In this document: positions 9,074 through 18,800 of the stretch, piece after piece
Position numbering within the stretch: position 1 is the stretch's first letter
Layout of the letters: every line of letters begins with the position of its first letter
Source of the DNA: an uncultured archaeon
GTDB taxonomy: Archaea; Micrarchaeota; Micrarchaeia; Micrarchaeales; CABMGC01
Length of the DNA stretch: 32,000 nucleotides
Direction of reading: 5' to 3'
Assembly (NCBI GenBank): GCA_963704435.1
Contig: OY969902.1
Span: forward strand, 720,001 to 752,000
The notes under the pieces: model-generated
The model's database searches: none
What the model was told of the DNA's origin: nothing
Seen by the model: only the letters and a program-made list of their open reading frames with translations
Translations under genes and position numbers: made by a program

Positions 9074-9964
9074 ATGCTTGGGGTTAACGTGACGTTCAAG
9101 CCAGCTCATAGTGCAGAGCAAATAACAGAGTTGAGGTCCCTGCATATTGACTTGCAGGCGCTTACGCATGAGCAGAGGAACGGGAATGGCCCTGCAGCTG
9201 AGGCGGTTATTGGCCTCAGGAGGCCGCTGGTCAGGATTGCGGCGGAGAGATACGGAAGTACGGACCCGGAAGTCCTCCTTAATTCGGCAGGGGGCCGCAA
9301 TCTGAGCTGGACCGTGCACGAGGTCGACCTCGACATCGAGCGCGCCTCCGCAGGAGTCCTAAGAGTGCTCGGCAAAGACCGGAGCAGCACTGCGCTCTCT
9401 CCGGACAGTTTCCTTTCAGCAATGCTCGATCGCTGCTATGGCGACGCGCATTATCAAGAGGCGATGTTCGGCATCCTGGCGAGACAGGGAATTCATATGT
9501 GGAGGCAGCTCTGCTCCTGCACCAGGGATTTCACATCGGTGCGTAGCCGCTACGGGCGTGCCGAGAGAGTCATCGGATGGGACTACGCCGCCGCGTGCGA
9601 TAGAGAGGAGTTGCCGCTCCTGCGCGGGATTGGGCATTACGCGATCGAGTTCAAGTCCGTGGCCGCAATGGCGCTGGCATATTCGGACATCGTTGAAGAC
9701 GCAGGTTTTGACGAGCACAGGGGCCACTTCGAGAGGGTGCTAGATGCGCTTGGCAGGGGTTACCTGCCTCTGGGCTATGAAGGAGGAGGGCTCCGCGTCA
9801 TAGCGTTCACGCATAAGGGAAAGGCATCAAAGGAGAAGGACCGCAGGCGCGGAATCAGCAGCAGCATTAACGAGTACGAGCTCACGCAATTAATAACAAC
9901 AGCGGTACGGAATTTGAAGGCGCGAGAAGAAGGAGGAAGAGACGCACATATCCCAGATAAATAG
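9074..9964 (+). CDS. Hypothetical protein
   Basis: 296-aa ORF with balanced composition and no competing long ORF on the other strand. A cataaatag TATA-like element lies about 20 nt upstream. No recognisable family. Confidence 0.55.
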   Translation: MLGVNVTFKPAHSAEQITELRSLHIDLQALTHEQRNGNGPAAEAVIGLRRPLVRIAAERYGSTDPEVLLNSAGGRNLSWTVHEVDLDIERASAGVLRVLGKDRSSTALSPDSFLSAMLDRCYGDAHYQEAMFGILARQGIHMWRQLCSCTRDFTSVRSRYGRAERVIGWDYAAACDREELPLLRGIGHYAIEFKSVAAMALAYSDIVEDAGFDEHRGHFERVLDALGRGYLPLGYEGGGLRVIAFTHKGKASKEKDRRRGISSSINEYELTQLITTAVRNLKAREEGGRDAHIPDK

Positions 9965-9985
9965 CCCTCTAAAATCATCCGCTTC

Positions 9986-10363
9986 TTATAAAGCAAAATA
10001 AATAACTGCCACTGCGATTGCGCTTGAAATAATGGAATAAGCGTGTATGCGCATTGCCTGTCTCATGTCTTCCTTATGCGATTTGGTATCGGTTACCTGG
10101 CTTCTTGATCCGCCGGACCCGGTGAAATCGTATATACCAGCAGCGGCGAAACCAGCGCAGAATCTGAAACGGCCCTGATAGAATCCTTCAAAACCGATTA
10201 GCAGCGGTATGAATGAGAAGAACAACCACCATCGCGGAAAATTGAACGCGAGGATGGAGTAAGAAACGATGGCGGATATCGCGAATCCCACTGCGGCTAA
10301 GTCATACCTCTTCCTTATCTCGGTTTTCCCGATGTTGCAGACTCCTGGCTTGTATTCTGGCAT
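9986..10363 (-). CDS. Hypothetical membrane protein
   Basis: 125-aa ORF with 3 hydrophobic segments (AAVGFAISAIVSYSILAF, WWLFFSFIPLLIGF, AYSIISSAIAVAVIYFAL). The stop of the upstream Rieske gene lies 8 nt before its start. Confidence 0.6.
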   Translation of the reverse strand: MPEYKPGVCNIGKTEIRKRYDLAAVGFAISAIVSYSILAFNFPRWWLFFSFIPLLIGFEGFYQGRFRFCAGFAAAGIYDFTGSGGSRSQVTDTKSHKEDMRQAMRIHAYSIISSAIAVAVIYFAL

Positions 10364-10370
10364 GTCAACA

Positions 10371-10706
10371 CTATACCTTGATCTTTATCTCATCGCCTTC
10401 TACTTCAAGTTCGTATGACTTCAGGTCGTTCGCGCCAGAGCCAGTTATTGTCTTTATCATTCCAGCGACGTCCTTTACCATCTTTCCAGTTTTCAGATCG
10501 AACTGTGCGCGATGTACCGGGCAGGTTATGCATCCATTCTCCACTTTGCCTGCCGGAAGATAGCCCATCATATGCGTGCATAGGGCATCCACAGCGTAGA
10601 ACTTCCCGTCAAATTTCGATATAATAACGGGCTTGTCCGCAACCATTACCGTTTTCATTATCCTGCTTTCAAACTCGTCAGTTTTTGCAACGGTCTCCCA
10701 TGCCAT
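10371..10706 (-). CDS. Rieske [2Fe-2S] domain protein (small ferredoxin-type)
   Basis: 111 aa. CTHMMGYL...(16 aa)...CPVHRAQFD gives the CxH...CxxH Rieske ligand pattern. Confidence 0.9.
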   Translation of the reverse strand: MAWETVAKTDEFESRIMKTVMVADKPVIISKFDGKFYAVDALCTHMMGYLPAGKVENGCITCPVHRAQFDLKTGKMVKDVAGMIKTITGSGANDLKSYELEVEGDEIKIKV

Positions 10707-10802
10707 TTTTCCACCCTATCTCGACACTACGGCTGCTCTGGCTAGATATGCAATAGCACATATTAATATGCGCATTTCCATATCCTACAGGTACGTGAGA
10801 AG

Positions 10803-11099
10803 ATGACATTTCAACTGTTTCCGATATGGTATTTCATTGTAGGGGCCCTGTTGGGTAATGGAGTGCCGCATTTCGTATTCGGATCCGCCGGGAAGGTTTT
10901 CAGGAGCCCGTTCGGCCAGAAATCGTCTCCAAGAGTGAACATACTGTGGGGGCTCTCAAATCTTTTGCTCGCGACAGTGATATCTGGCGGATTGATACTC
11001 CTCAATCTCTACAATGGCTATTCGCTAATCGCTTTGCTGCTGGGATTCTGGCTGATGATGCTGATGTTCGGAACCGGGATCAAGAGATTCCTGAACTAA
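10803..11099 (+). CDS. Hypothetical small membrane protein
   Basis: 98-aa ORF with 3 predicted TM segments, divergent from the Rieske gene. No family recognised. Confidence 0.55.
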   Translation: MTFQLFPIWYFIVGALLGNGVPHFVFGSAGKVFRSPFGQKSSPRVNILWGLSNLLLATVISGGLILLNLYNGYSLIALLLGFWLMMLMFGTGIKRFLN

Positions 11100-11142
11100 T
11101 TGCGAATATGTCTCCCATTTCCAAGTCAGACAAAAGCAAAAT

Positions 11143-11186
11143 GGGGAGTCCGTTTTCCGAACTTGGGGAGTCCGTTTTCCGAACTT
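11143..11186 (-). repeat. Two tandem 22-bp direct repeats that are pseudo-copies of the tRNA-Pro 3' end
   Basis: The plus strand reads ggggagtccgttttccgaactt twice (11143-11164 and 11165-11186), immediately abutting the tRNA. On the minus strand each unit reads AAGTTCGGAAAACGGACTCCCC, versus the tRNA end GTTCAAATCACGGACTCCCC-A. Confidence 0.9.
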
Positions 11187-11258
11187 GGGGAGTCCGTGAT
11201 TTGAACACGGGTCTTCAGGTCCCAAACCTGAAAGCCTACCAGGCTAGCCTAACTCCCC
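11186..11258 (-). tRNA. tRNA-Pro(UGG)
   Basis: Hand-folded, 73 nt. Acceptor GGGGAGT/ACTCCCC, discriminator A. D-arm with AGCCTGGTA loop. Anticodon stem TCAGG/CCTGA with loop UU-UGG-GA. T-arm CCGTG-TTCAAAT-CACGG. A TATA-like TTTTTAA lies about 30 nt upstream (plus-strand 11285-11291). Confidence 0.9.
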
Positions 11259-11300
11259 TTCGTCTGTTATGTGCGCGTGCACATTAAAAATAGTTGGTTG

Positions 11301-11750
11301 TTACGCTTTTGGTCTCCTTCCCAGGGGTTTCGGTATCTTCAGCTTCGGATACGCCTTCTGGAGCAGGTCGGGATTGACATCGAAGTCGAACTGCAGGCCC
11401 TGCACCACTCGCCTGAACAGGTAAGTCTGGGCTATCCCCGCCAGCTCTTCCTTTCCGCCCGTCGAGTTCTTCAGCACTTCCTTGATCTCCTTGGTGCCGA
11501 GCTTCTGCACGGCCTCCGCGAGCGCCCCGTAACTCTTCCTGGTTCCCTTCGTGAGCTCCGTCGCGTATTCGTCCAGCGCCTTTACGTCGATGCCGAGTAT
11601 CTCGAACGACTTCCTGTCTACGCTCTGCCTTATGCCTGCGAGCTGCAGCACTATCTCCTCGGGCATTGTGCCCTCTGTTATTCGTATCCTCTTCACGGCG
11701 ACCCAGTCCTTGTACCTGGCAAGGAACTCCACTGAATCTTCGCCGCCCAT
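11301..11750 (-). CDS. Hypothetical protein
   Basis: The track ORF 11301..11870 has an Arg/Ser-rich N-terminal extension that overlaps the upstream gene out of frame. The internal ATG at 11750 (MGGEDSVEFLARYKDW...) lies 19 nt after that gene's stop and gives a 149-aa product. No family recognised. Confidence 0.6.
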   Translation of the reverse strand: MGGEDSVEFLARYKDWVAVKRIRITEGTMPEEIVLQLAGIRQSVDRKSFEILGIDVKALDEYATELTKGTRKSYGALAEAVQKLGTKEIKEVLKNSTGGKEELAGIAQTYLFRRVVQGLQFDFDVNPDLLQKAYPKLKIPKPLGRRPKA

Positions 11751-11769
11751 GCAACCCCCAAAGAGAGCT

Positions 11770-11994
11770 TCAGAGGTCGGTCTGCAGGAGGTAGTAGCCC
11801 GCCGCCTTCTCCCTCGCGACGCGCTTGACGATGCCCCTCTGCGCGAGCGTAACGAGAGTGTTCGTGACAAGCCCCTTAGGCCTGTTCGTCTTCTTCATTA
11901 TGTCGTCCGCGGTCTTCAGCGCGCTGTCCTTCGTCGCGCCGAGCTCCTTCATCGAGCTCACAATCAGCCTCTCAATAGGCGTAAGTTCTACCAT
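11770..11994 (-). CDS. Small winged-helix DNA-binding protein (putative)
   Basis: 74 aa. Helix-turn-helix-like SALKTADDIMKKTNRPKGLVTNTLVTLAQRGIVKRV followed by a short wing (AAGYYLL). The call rests on pattern only. Confidence 0.55.
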   Translation of the reverse strand: MVELTPIERLIVSSMKELGATKDSALKTADDIMKKTNRPKGLVTNTLVTLAQRGIVKRVAREKAAGYYLLQTDL

Positions 11995-12031
11995 TCCAAC
12001 AACCTTGCTTTCACTTAAACATCAATGCGCG

Positions 12032-12184
12032 CTACTTCTTCGCCCTGAGCGTCTTCCGCTTGGGCCTGAGGTACTTGGATCCGCACTTCCTGCACTTCTC
12101 GCTTCCGCTCCTGTTCCTTCCTTTGCATTTCCTGCAGATCCAGACCCTGCTTATGGCTTCGTCTGCCAATTGGAATTTTCCCAT
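12032..12184 (-). CDS. rpl40e: Large-subunit ribosomal protein L40e
   Basis: Below the ORF-track size cutoff. My minus-strand translation is MGKFQLADEAISRVWICRKCKGRNRSGSEKCRKCGSKYLRPKRKTLRAKK (50 aa), with the CxxC...CRKCG...LRPK zinc-ribbon pattern of archaeal L40e. Confidence 0.85.
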   Translation of the reverse strand: MGKFQLADEAISRVWICRKCKGRNRSGSEKCRKCGSKYLRPKRKTLRAKK

Positions 12185-12273
12185 TTGAGTACCGTTCACG
12201 TCAGAGAAATTCTTAGATTACCTCCGCTGTAGATGATGATTAGACATAATAACAAATATAAAGCAGATGGGGG

Positions 12274-12732
12274 CTAGGCTTCCTTCGTCCTGAGCTCCCT
12301 GGCGAACCTCTCGGCATCAGCCAGATCCTGCCCGTTCGGCCTTCCCTTGTTGAGCCCGCCTATCAGCTTGAACGGCCCGAAAGTGTCGAAGCCCTTGCAC
12401 GAGAACTCGCCGAGTATTGCGAAGCCCTTCCTGGCGAGCGCCTCCTTCAGCCTCCTGTGGCTCTTGGATCCGTTAGGCCCGCCTGAGGTGGAGAAGATGA
12501 AGGCCTGCTTCCCGTCCGAGCGCGGTAGGCCGTCCACGAACTCCAGCAGCAGACGGTGGTGCCTGCCTCCGTATATGCCCGAGCCGAACCCGACCAGGTC
12601 GGAATGTGCAACGGAGTCCGCGCTCGCCTCTCCCGCCGTTACGAGCTTGGCCCGCAGGACCCTGGCAATCGCCTCGGCTATCTTCTTGGTGTTCCCATGG
12701 TGGACCGATTCGTAGACTATCAGGGCTTCCAT
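12274..12732 (-). CDS. Flavodoxin-like protein
   Basis: MEALIVYESVHHGNTKKIAEAIA (flavodoxin FMN-phosphate loop pattern), GFGSGIYGG and FIFSTSGG. The ATG at 12732 is preferred over the track's GTG at 12753. Confidence 0.8.
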   Translation of the reverse strand: MEALIVYESVHHGNTKKIAEAIARVLRAKLVTAGEASADSVAHSDLVGFGSGIYGGRHHRLLLEFVDGLPRSDGKQAFIFSTSGGPNGSKSHRRLKEALARKGFAILGEFSCKGFDTFGPFKLIGGLNKGRPNGQDLADAERFARELRTKEA

Positions 12733-12789
12733 GCATGCTCTATGCCCGTGCACTTATAAAAACTGTGGTCCTTTGACCCTTTCCGCGCG

Positions 12790-15639
12790 CTAGAAGGCGA
12801 TGTCCAGGCTGGGCTTCAGCGGCGCAGCCCGGTCCGCGCGCGGCGACTTCGATTCGGACTCCTTCTCCACGACGACCCTGCACCCAAGCTGGGTGCCCAT
12901 GTACTCGGCAGCGTCGCTCAGTCCGTTGAACTCGTCCTCCTGCATCACGGTGACCTCCCTGAGACCGTTGACCCTCTTCGCCAGCGACGCGAGATATTTT
13001 GCGGCCTTCTCCTTGTCGAGCTTTCCGTCCTTCCTGACCGCCTCCATGGCCTTCTCCACGCTCTTCTTCTTCGCAACCTCGTTGGTGAGCTCCCTCTTCC
13101 AGTCGTCGGCGACCACAATCCTCGCCTCCCTCGCCCTCTTCCCGGCCTTCTTCTGCATCAGCGCGATTATCTGCTTGGCGTCGCTCACCACCCCGTCCAC
13201 GAGCTCCTCGCCAGCCTCAAGGTCGTCGCTCACCATGGCCCCGTTCGCCTCAGGCCACCTCTCGGCGGACGAGAAGGTGGTGTTTCCCAGCAGGTGCCAA
13301 AGCTCCTCCGAGAAGTGGGGGGCGATGGGCTGCAGCATTAGCGCCACCGAGGACAGGTACTCCTTCACGACTATCGCGTTGGCGCCTCCCCTGGCGAAGT
13401 ACCTCCTGAGTTCAACTACAGATCCGTAGAGCACCGCAACCGCGGCGTCCCTGAGCTCCAGCTTCTCCATGGCCGCCGTCGCGTCTGATATCTTCCTGTT
13501 GAGCTTCGAGTAGAGCCAGTAGTCCATCCTCTTGAGCTCACCGGCCTCGAGCCCGCCCGCCTTCTCCGCGGAGTCGAACAGGTACTGCAGCCTTGCCTTG
13601 ACCCCCTCCAGCGCGTCTGCGTTGAACTCGGAGTCCGTGAAGAGATCAGTCCCGGCTATCTCTATCACCCTCAGGGGATCGCCGCCATACTTCTCTATCC
13701 CGTCCCTCAGGGGCACGATGTTGCCGAGGCTCTTGCTCATCTTCTCCCCCTCGTAGTTGACGAACCCGTTGACCACTATCTGCTTCGGCCAGTACTTCCT
13801 GTCGAATATCGCGACGTGGTTGAAAAGATACATGGTGTAGTGGTTGTATATCAGGTCGGGGGCCGAGTGGCTCGACGCCTGCGCGTACCAGTAGTCGAAG
13901 GACTCCCTGCATTCGTTTATCAAAGTGTAGTCTATCTTCGTGGACGCTGCGACGGCCTCAACGTCGCCCTTGCCCAGGAACACGTAGTCGAAGAACTCGG
14001 GCTTCAGCGCCTCGGTGTCGACGTTAGCTATGAGGTTGGATATGGTGTAGAACGCGGGGTAGATCGTCGAGTCGGACAGCGACTCTATTATGAAGTTCCT
14101 GTCCAGCGGGAACTTGGTGCCCAGGCCCTGCGCCCTGGCCACCGCGCGGAGGTTTATCCACTCGGCCGCGGCCTCGAACGCGTTCCTGCTCTTCTGCGGG
14201 AATATGGCCATCTCGCCCAGCAGCTCCCTGACCAGCTTCTTCCATTCGGCGTCGCCGTAGTTTATGAACCACTGGTTCTCCACCGCCTTGACCACTATCT
14301 CGTAGCCGCACCTGCAGTAGACCGGCGCGTTCGCCAGCACGTAGATCTCTACCGCGTTCCCCTGCTTCAGCAGTTCCCCCTTGACCCTGTCCCTTGCCTC
14401 GGGCTCGCTCATTCCCTCGTAGCCCCTGACCAGCATCTTTCCCCAGTGCGACTCCTCCCTGTACTGGAGCTTCGTCGCGAACTCGAGCATGTCGTCTATA
14501 GCGTTCGCGTCCGTATGCAGGACCTCCAGGTACGCCAGCGCCGGCACGTCCACGTGCACCGGCCTCGCCTCCCCCGCCGATACGTCCCCCAAAGACCTCC
14601 CTATTTCCACATCTATTATCTTCTTCGGCTTTATCTCGGGCATCGCGTAGCCGCTGGCCCTGAGCCGCTCCAGGGCGGCGTAGTCGAACGGGGCATGTGC
14701 GGGCACGCTCATGACTATCCCTGTGCCTATGCCCTCCTTGACGAAGAAGCCCGGAAGTACCGGCACGGACTCGTTGGTGGCGGGGTTAACGCACTTCTTC
14801 TTGAGCATCTCCTTTCCGTCCGTCTCGCTCAATACTGTGACCTTCATCTGGCTCTTCAGCGCATCCGCGCACGCCTTGGAGAGGTAATAGTTCCCGTCGC
14901 GCCCCTCTATGCTGCACAGCGCGTACTTCGCGCCATCGTTGACGAATACGTTGGTGACCCCGAAGACCGTCTCGGGCCGGTAGGTCGCGCAGAGCACTGA
15001 GGCCTCCTCCCCCTCGACCCTGAACCTTATGGCCGTCTGCCTCTCTATGTCAGGCTCCACGTCGTGCTTGGTGTCGTGCATGCCCACTGCGTTGTTCTCG
15101 TTCGGGCACCATCCGACGGGATGGGATCCCTGCGTGAGGAAGCCGAGCCGGTGGAGTATGCCGAACTGCCACTCTATGAACTTGCTGAACCTCTCGTCCG
15201 TGGTGACGAACTTCCTGCGCCAGTCGATGCTGTAGCCAGCGAACCTCATCCCGCTCTCCATCTCCTTGGTGAAGTACTTGGTGATGTAGACGGGGTCGAC
15301 CATCTTCGCTATCTCGTCCTCGGGGATGTGGAAGAGCTTCAGCTCGTCGAACAGCTCCCTGTCGTTGTTCTTTATCCTCTTGGCGAACGCGAGGACCGGA
15401 GTGCCGGTGGCGTGGAAGCCCATCGGGAACAGGACGTTGAATCCCCGCATCCTCTTGTATCTCGCGAGCAGGTCGGCCGTGCCGAACGTCCTTAGGTGGC
15501 CTATGTGCTGCGGCGTGTTGACGTAGGGGAACGCGCCGAAGACCATGAAAGGGGGCTTATCCCCTATCTCCGGGGCGAATATCTTGGCATCGTCCCACGC
15601 CTTCTGCCACTTGGCCTCCATCTCAGCGTAGTCGATCAT
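12790..15639 (-). CDS. leuS: Leucine--tRNA ligase (archaeal type)
   Basis: 949 aa. PYVNTPQHIGHLRTF (HIGH), a large editing insertion, and GEKMSKSLGN (KMSKS). Length and C-terminal extension are typical of archaeal LeuRS. Confidence 0.97.
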   Translation of the reverse strand: MIDYAEMEAKWQKAWDDAKIFAPEIGDKPPFMVFGAFPYVNTPQHIGHLRTFGTADLLARYKRMRGFNVLFPMGFHATGTPVLAFAKRIKNNDRELFDELKLFHIPEDEIAKMVDPVYITKYFTKEMESGMRFAGYSIDWRRKFVTTDERFSKFIEWQFGILHRLGFLTQGSHPVGWCPNENNAVGMHDTKHDVEPDIERQTAIRFRVEGEEASVLCATYRPETVFGVTNVFVNDGAKYALCSIEGRDGNYYLSKACADALKSQMKVTVLSETDGKEMLKKKCVNPATNESVPVLPGFFVKEGIGTGIVMSVPAHAPFDYAALERLRASGYAMPEIKPKKIIDVEIGRSLGDVSAGEARPVHVDVPALAYLEVLHTDANAIDDMLEFATKLQYREESHWGKMLVRGYEGMSEPEARDRVKGELLKQGNAVEIYVLANAPVYCRCGYEIVVKAVENQWFINYGDAEWKKLVRELLGEMAIFPQKSRNAFEAAAEWINLRAVARAQGLGTKFPLDRNFIIESLSDSTIYPAFYTISNLIANVDTEALKPEFFDYVFLGKGDVEAVAASTKIDYTLINECRESFDYWYAQASSHSAPDLIYNHYTMYLFNHVAIFDRKYWPKQIVVNGFVNYEGEKMSKSLGNIVPLRDGIEKYGGDPLRVIEIAGTDLFTDSEFNADALEGVKARLQYLFDSAEKAGGLEAGELKRMDYWLYSKLNRKISDATAAMEKLELRDAAVAVLYGSVVELRRYFARGGANAIVVKEYLSSVALMLQPIAPHFSEELWHLLGNTTFSSAERWPEANGAMVSDDLEAGEELVDGVVSDAKQIIALMQKKAGKRAREARIVVADDWKRELTNEVAKKKSVEKAMEAVRKDGKLDKEKAAKYLASLAKRVNGLREVTVMQEDEFNGLSDAAEYMGTQLGCRVVVEKESESKSPRADRAAPLKPSLDIAF

Positions 15640-15817
15640 GAAACCACAGAATCCAGCAATAATACTGCCTTTGCATCACAAAATTAATAGCGTTGCCGTT
15701 CGCAATCGGCCGCGCAGGGGCCTCCAAACGGGTAATTCCAGCCATGGGAGCGGCATTCTCCACGAAGCGACCTGCAATAAGGGGCTAAGACCTCAATATT
15801 ACTGATTTTATCACTGG

Positions 15818-15826
15818 TTTTTATTG
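15818..15826 (+). promoter_or_regulatory. Candidate TATA box for the giant ORF
   Basis: tttttattg is centred about 27 nt upstream of ATG 15849, consistent with a leaderless archaeal transcript. No SD-like sequence lies in between. Confidence 0.35.
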
Positions 15827-15848
15827 TTTTGTTTCCTATACTGGCCAA

Positions 15849-18800
15849 ATGCCCGCTAAAATCGCGCAAGATCGGAATAATCTTGCATTTTCATTGCTAT
15901 TGGCGACCGTGTTGCTCGCTTTTGCCTCCACCACGGCAAGCGCCTCTAGCATAGTAAATACTATAATAGGGTTCAACGGACCGATCGGGATCGCGGTCTC
16001 GCCGTTCGGCTCCCAGGCCTACGTAGTAAACAACGGCAACAACACCGTGAGCGTAGTGACACTGAACGGCGTAAGCGGCGCAGCGAACGCCTTCTCCTTC
16101 AATGTCCCGTTCTCGGTCAATTCAGTCAACGTCGTATCGCTGATGATAGGCAACGGACTGGCGATAAACGGAGCCAACCAGCTCTATGCCACCGGAACGG
16201 CATTGACGGCCAACGCGCCAATCTTCATAGACTCCAACAACGCAATTTCGATCACCCAGGCGTCCGCGACGGTGAACGGATTCCTGTCGTCAGCCGACTG
16301 GAACACCTTCAGCACGGTCAACAGCAGGGCCTACGCATTCACGGTCACCAACATGCTCGGATACATAGGGAATGTCCTTTCGATATCGAACACGCCGTCC
16401 TTCATGACGGTCACTGCGAACATAATAGGCAACAACGCAGTCATCACTACGCTGACCGGGAACGTCATCGGGAGCACAGCATCCATCACCACGGTGAATG
16501 GCAACGTAATAGGCAATAATGCGGTATTCGGCTCATCAGTCAGTGCGGTGACACTCAACGGCAACGTCGTTGGAAACAACGCCGTGTTCACGTCAATCTC
16601 ATTCACTACACTGTCCGGTTCGACCTTCACAGGGAACATCGTTGGCAACAATGCCGTACTCACGAACATCTACGGAACACTCGCAGGGTCCAACACCATC
16701 TCATTCAGTACCGGCAACGGACAGACCCTGACGGCGAACATCATTGCGCCTAGTTCGATCTATGGAGTGATTTCCGGCGCAAACACGATCGCATTCTCGA
16801 CCGCGACTGGAACCACGGTCAATGCAAACACAGTCGGAACGACGGTCAGTGCGGTTACGCTTAACGGCAACGTCGTAGGCAACAACGCCGTGTTCACTTC
16901 AATATCATTCACTACACTGTCCGGTTCGACCTTCACAGGGAACATCGTTGGCAACAATGCCGTACTCACGAACATCTACGGAACACTCGCAGGGTCCAAC
17001 ACCATCTCATTCAGTACCGGCAACGGACAGACCCTGACGGCGAACATCATTGCGCCTAGTTCGATCTATGGAGTGATTTCCGGCGCAAACACGATCGCAT
17101 TCTCGACCGCGACTGGAACCACGGTCAATGCAAACACAGTCGGAACGACGGTCAGTGCGGTTACGCTTAACGGCAACGTCGTAGGCAACAACGCCGTGTT
17201 CACTTCAATATCATTCACTACACTGTCCGGTTCGACCTTCACAGGGAACATCGTTGGCAACAATGCCGTACTCACGAACATCTACGGAACACTCGCAGGG
17301 TCCAACACCATCTCATTCAGTACCGGCAACGGACAGACCCTGACGGCGAACATCATTGCGCCTAGTTCGATCTATGGAGTGATTTCCGGCGCAAACACGA
17401 TCGCATTCTCGACCGCGACTGGAACCACGGTCAATGCAAACACAGTCGGAACGACGGTCAGTGCGGTTACGCTTAACGGCAACGTCGTAGGCAACAACGC
17501 CGTGTTCACTTCAATATCATTCACTACACTGTCCGGTTCGACATTCTCGGGCAACCTGGTCGGGAACAACGCGGTACTTACTAACATCTACGGAACACTC
17601 GCAGGGTCCAACACCATCTCATTCAGTACCGGCAACGGACAGACCCTGACGGCGAACATCATTGCGCCTAGTTCGATCTATGGAGTGATTTCCGGCGCAA
17701 ACACGATCGCATTCTCGACCGCGACTGGAACCACGGTCAATGCAAACACAGTCGGAACGACGGTCAGTGCGGTTACGCTTAACGGCAACGTCGTAGGCAA
17801 CAACGCCGTGTTCACTTCAATATCATTCACTACACTGTCCGGTTCGACATTCTCGGGCAACCTGGTCGGGAACAACGCGGTACTTACTAACATCTACGGA
17901 ACACTCGCAGGGTCCAACACCATCTCATTCAGTACCGGCAACGGACAGACCCTGACGGCGAACATCATTGCGCCTAGTTCGATCTATGGAGTGATTTCCG
18001 GCGCAAACACGATCGCATTCTCGACCGCGACTGGAACCACGGTCAATGCAAACACAGTCGGAACGACGGTCAGTGCGGTTACGCTTAACGGCAACGTCGT
18101 AGGCAACAACGCCGTGTTCACTTCAATATCATTCACTACACTGTCCGGTTCGACATTCTCGGGCAACCTGGTCGGGAACAACGCGGTACTTACTAACATC
18201 TACGGAACACTCGCAGGGTCCAACACCATCTCATTCAGTACCGGCAACGGACAGACCCTGACGGCGAACATCATTGCGCCTAGTTCGATCTATGGAGTGA
18301 TTTCCGGCGCAAACACGATCGCATTCTCGACCGCGACTGGAACCACGGTCAATGCAAACACAGTCGGAACGACGGTCAGTGCGGTTACGCTTAACGGCAA
18401 CGTCGTAGGCAACAACGCCGTGTTCACTTCAATATCATTCACTACACTGTCCGGTTCGACATTCTCGGGCAACCTGGTCGGGAACAACGCGGTACTTACT
18501 AACATCTACGGAACACTCGCAGGGTCCAACACCATCTCATTCAGTACCGGCAACGGACAGACCCTGACGGCGAACATCATTGCGCCTAGTTCGATCTATG
18601 GAGTGATTTCCGGCGCAAACACGATCGCATTCTCGACCGCGACTGGAACCACGGTCAATGCAAACACAGTCGGAACGACGGTCAGTGCGGTTACGCTTAA
18701 CGGCAACGTCGTAGGCAACAACGCCGTGTTCACTTCAATATCATTCACTACACTGTCCGGTTCGACATTCTCGGGCAACCTGGTCGGGAACAACGCGGTA

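Noticed and set aside
8727-9319. Minus-strand ORFs 8727..9071 (114 aa) and 8858..9319 (153 aa).
   Set aside because: They run across the tRNA-Ser gene and its promoter and have odd Arg/Cys/Pro-rich composition. The tRNA fold explains the region better.
11025-11225. Minus-strand ORF 11025..11225 (66 aa) spanning the tRNA-Pro 3' end and the 22-bp repeats.
   Set aside because: It overlaps a well-folded tRNA and a plus-strand membrane-protein gene, and has no supporting features.
11751-11870. N-terminal 40-aa extension of ORF 11301..11870 (MSRTLSLRSRRGASSSASRGRRRR...).
   Set aside because: It overlaps the 3' end of the wHTH gene in another frame and is low-complexity Arg/Ser. The internal ATG at 11750 gives a sensible non-overlapping start.
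12232-12294. Possible C/D-box sRNA: ATGATGA (C box) at about 12232 and CTGA (D box) about 58 nt downstream.
   Set aside because: There are no convincing internal C' and D' boxes or terminal stem. The putative D box lies inside the flavodoxin coding sequence, so a chance match is likely.
15640-15848. The 209-bp leuS/giant-ORF intergenic region was inspected for an ncRNA or riboswitch, because it contains a GC-rich segment (gccgcgcaggggcctccaaacggg).
   Set aside because: I could find no convincing conserved structure, tRNA-like fold or box motifs by eye. It is treated as a divergent promoter region only.
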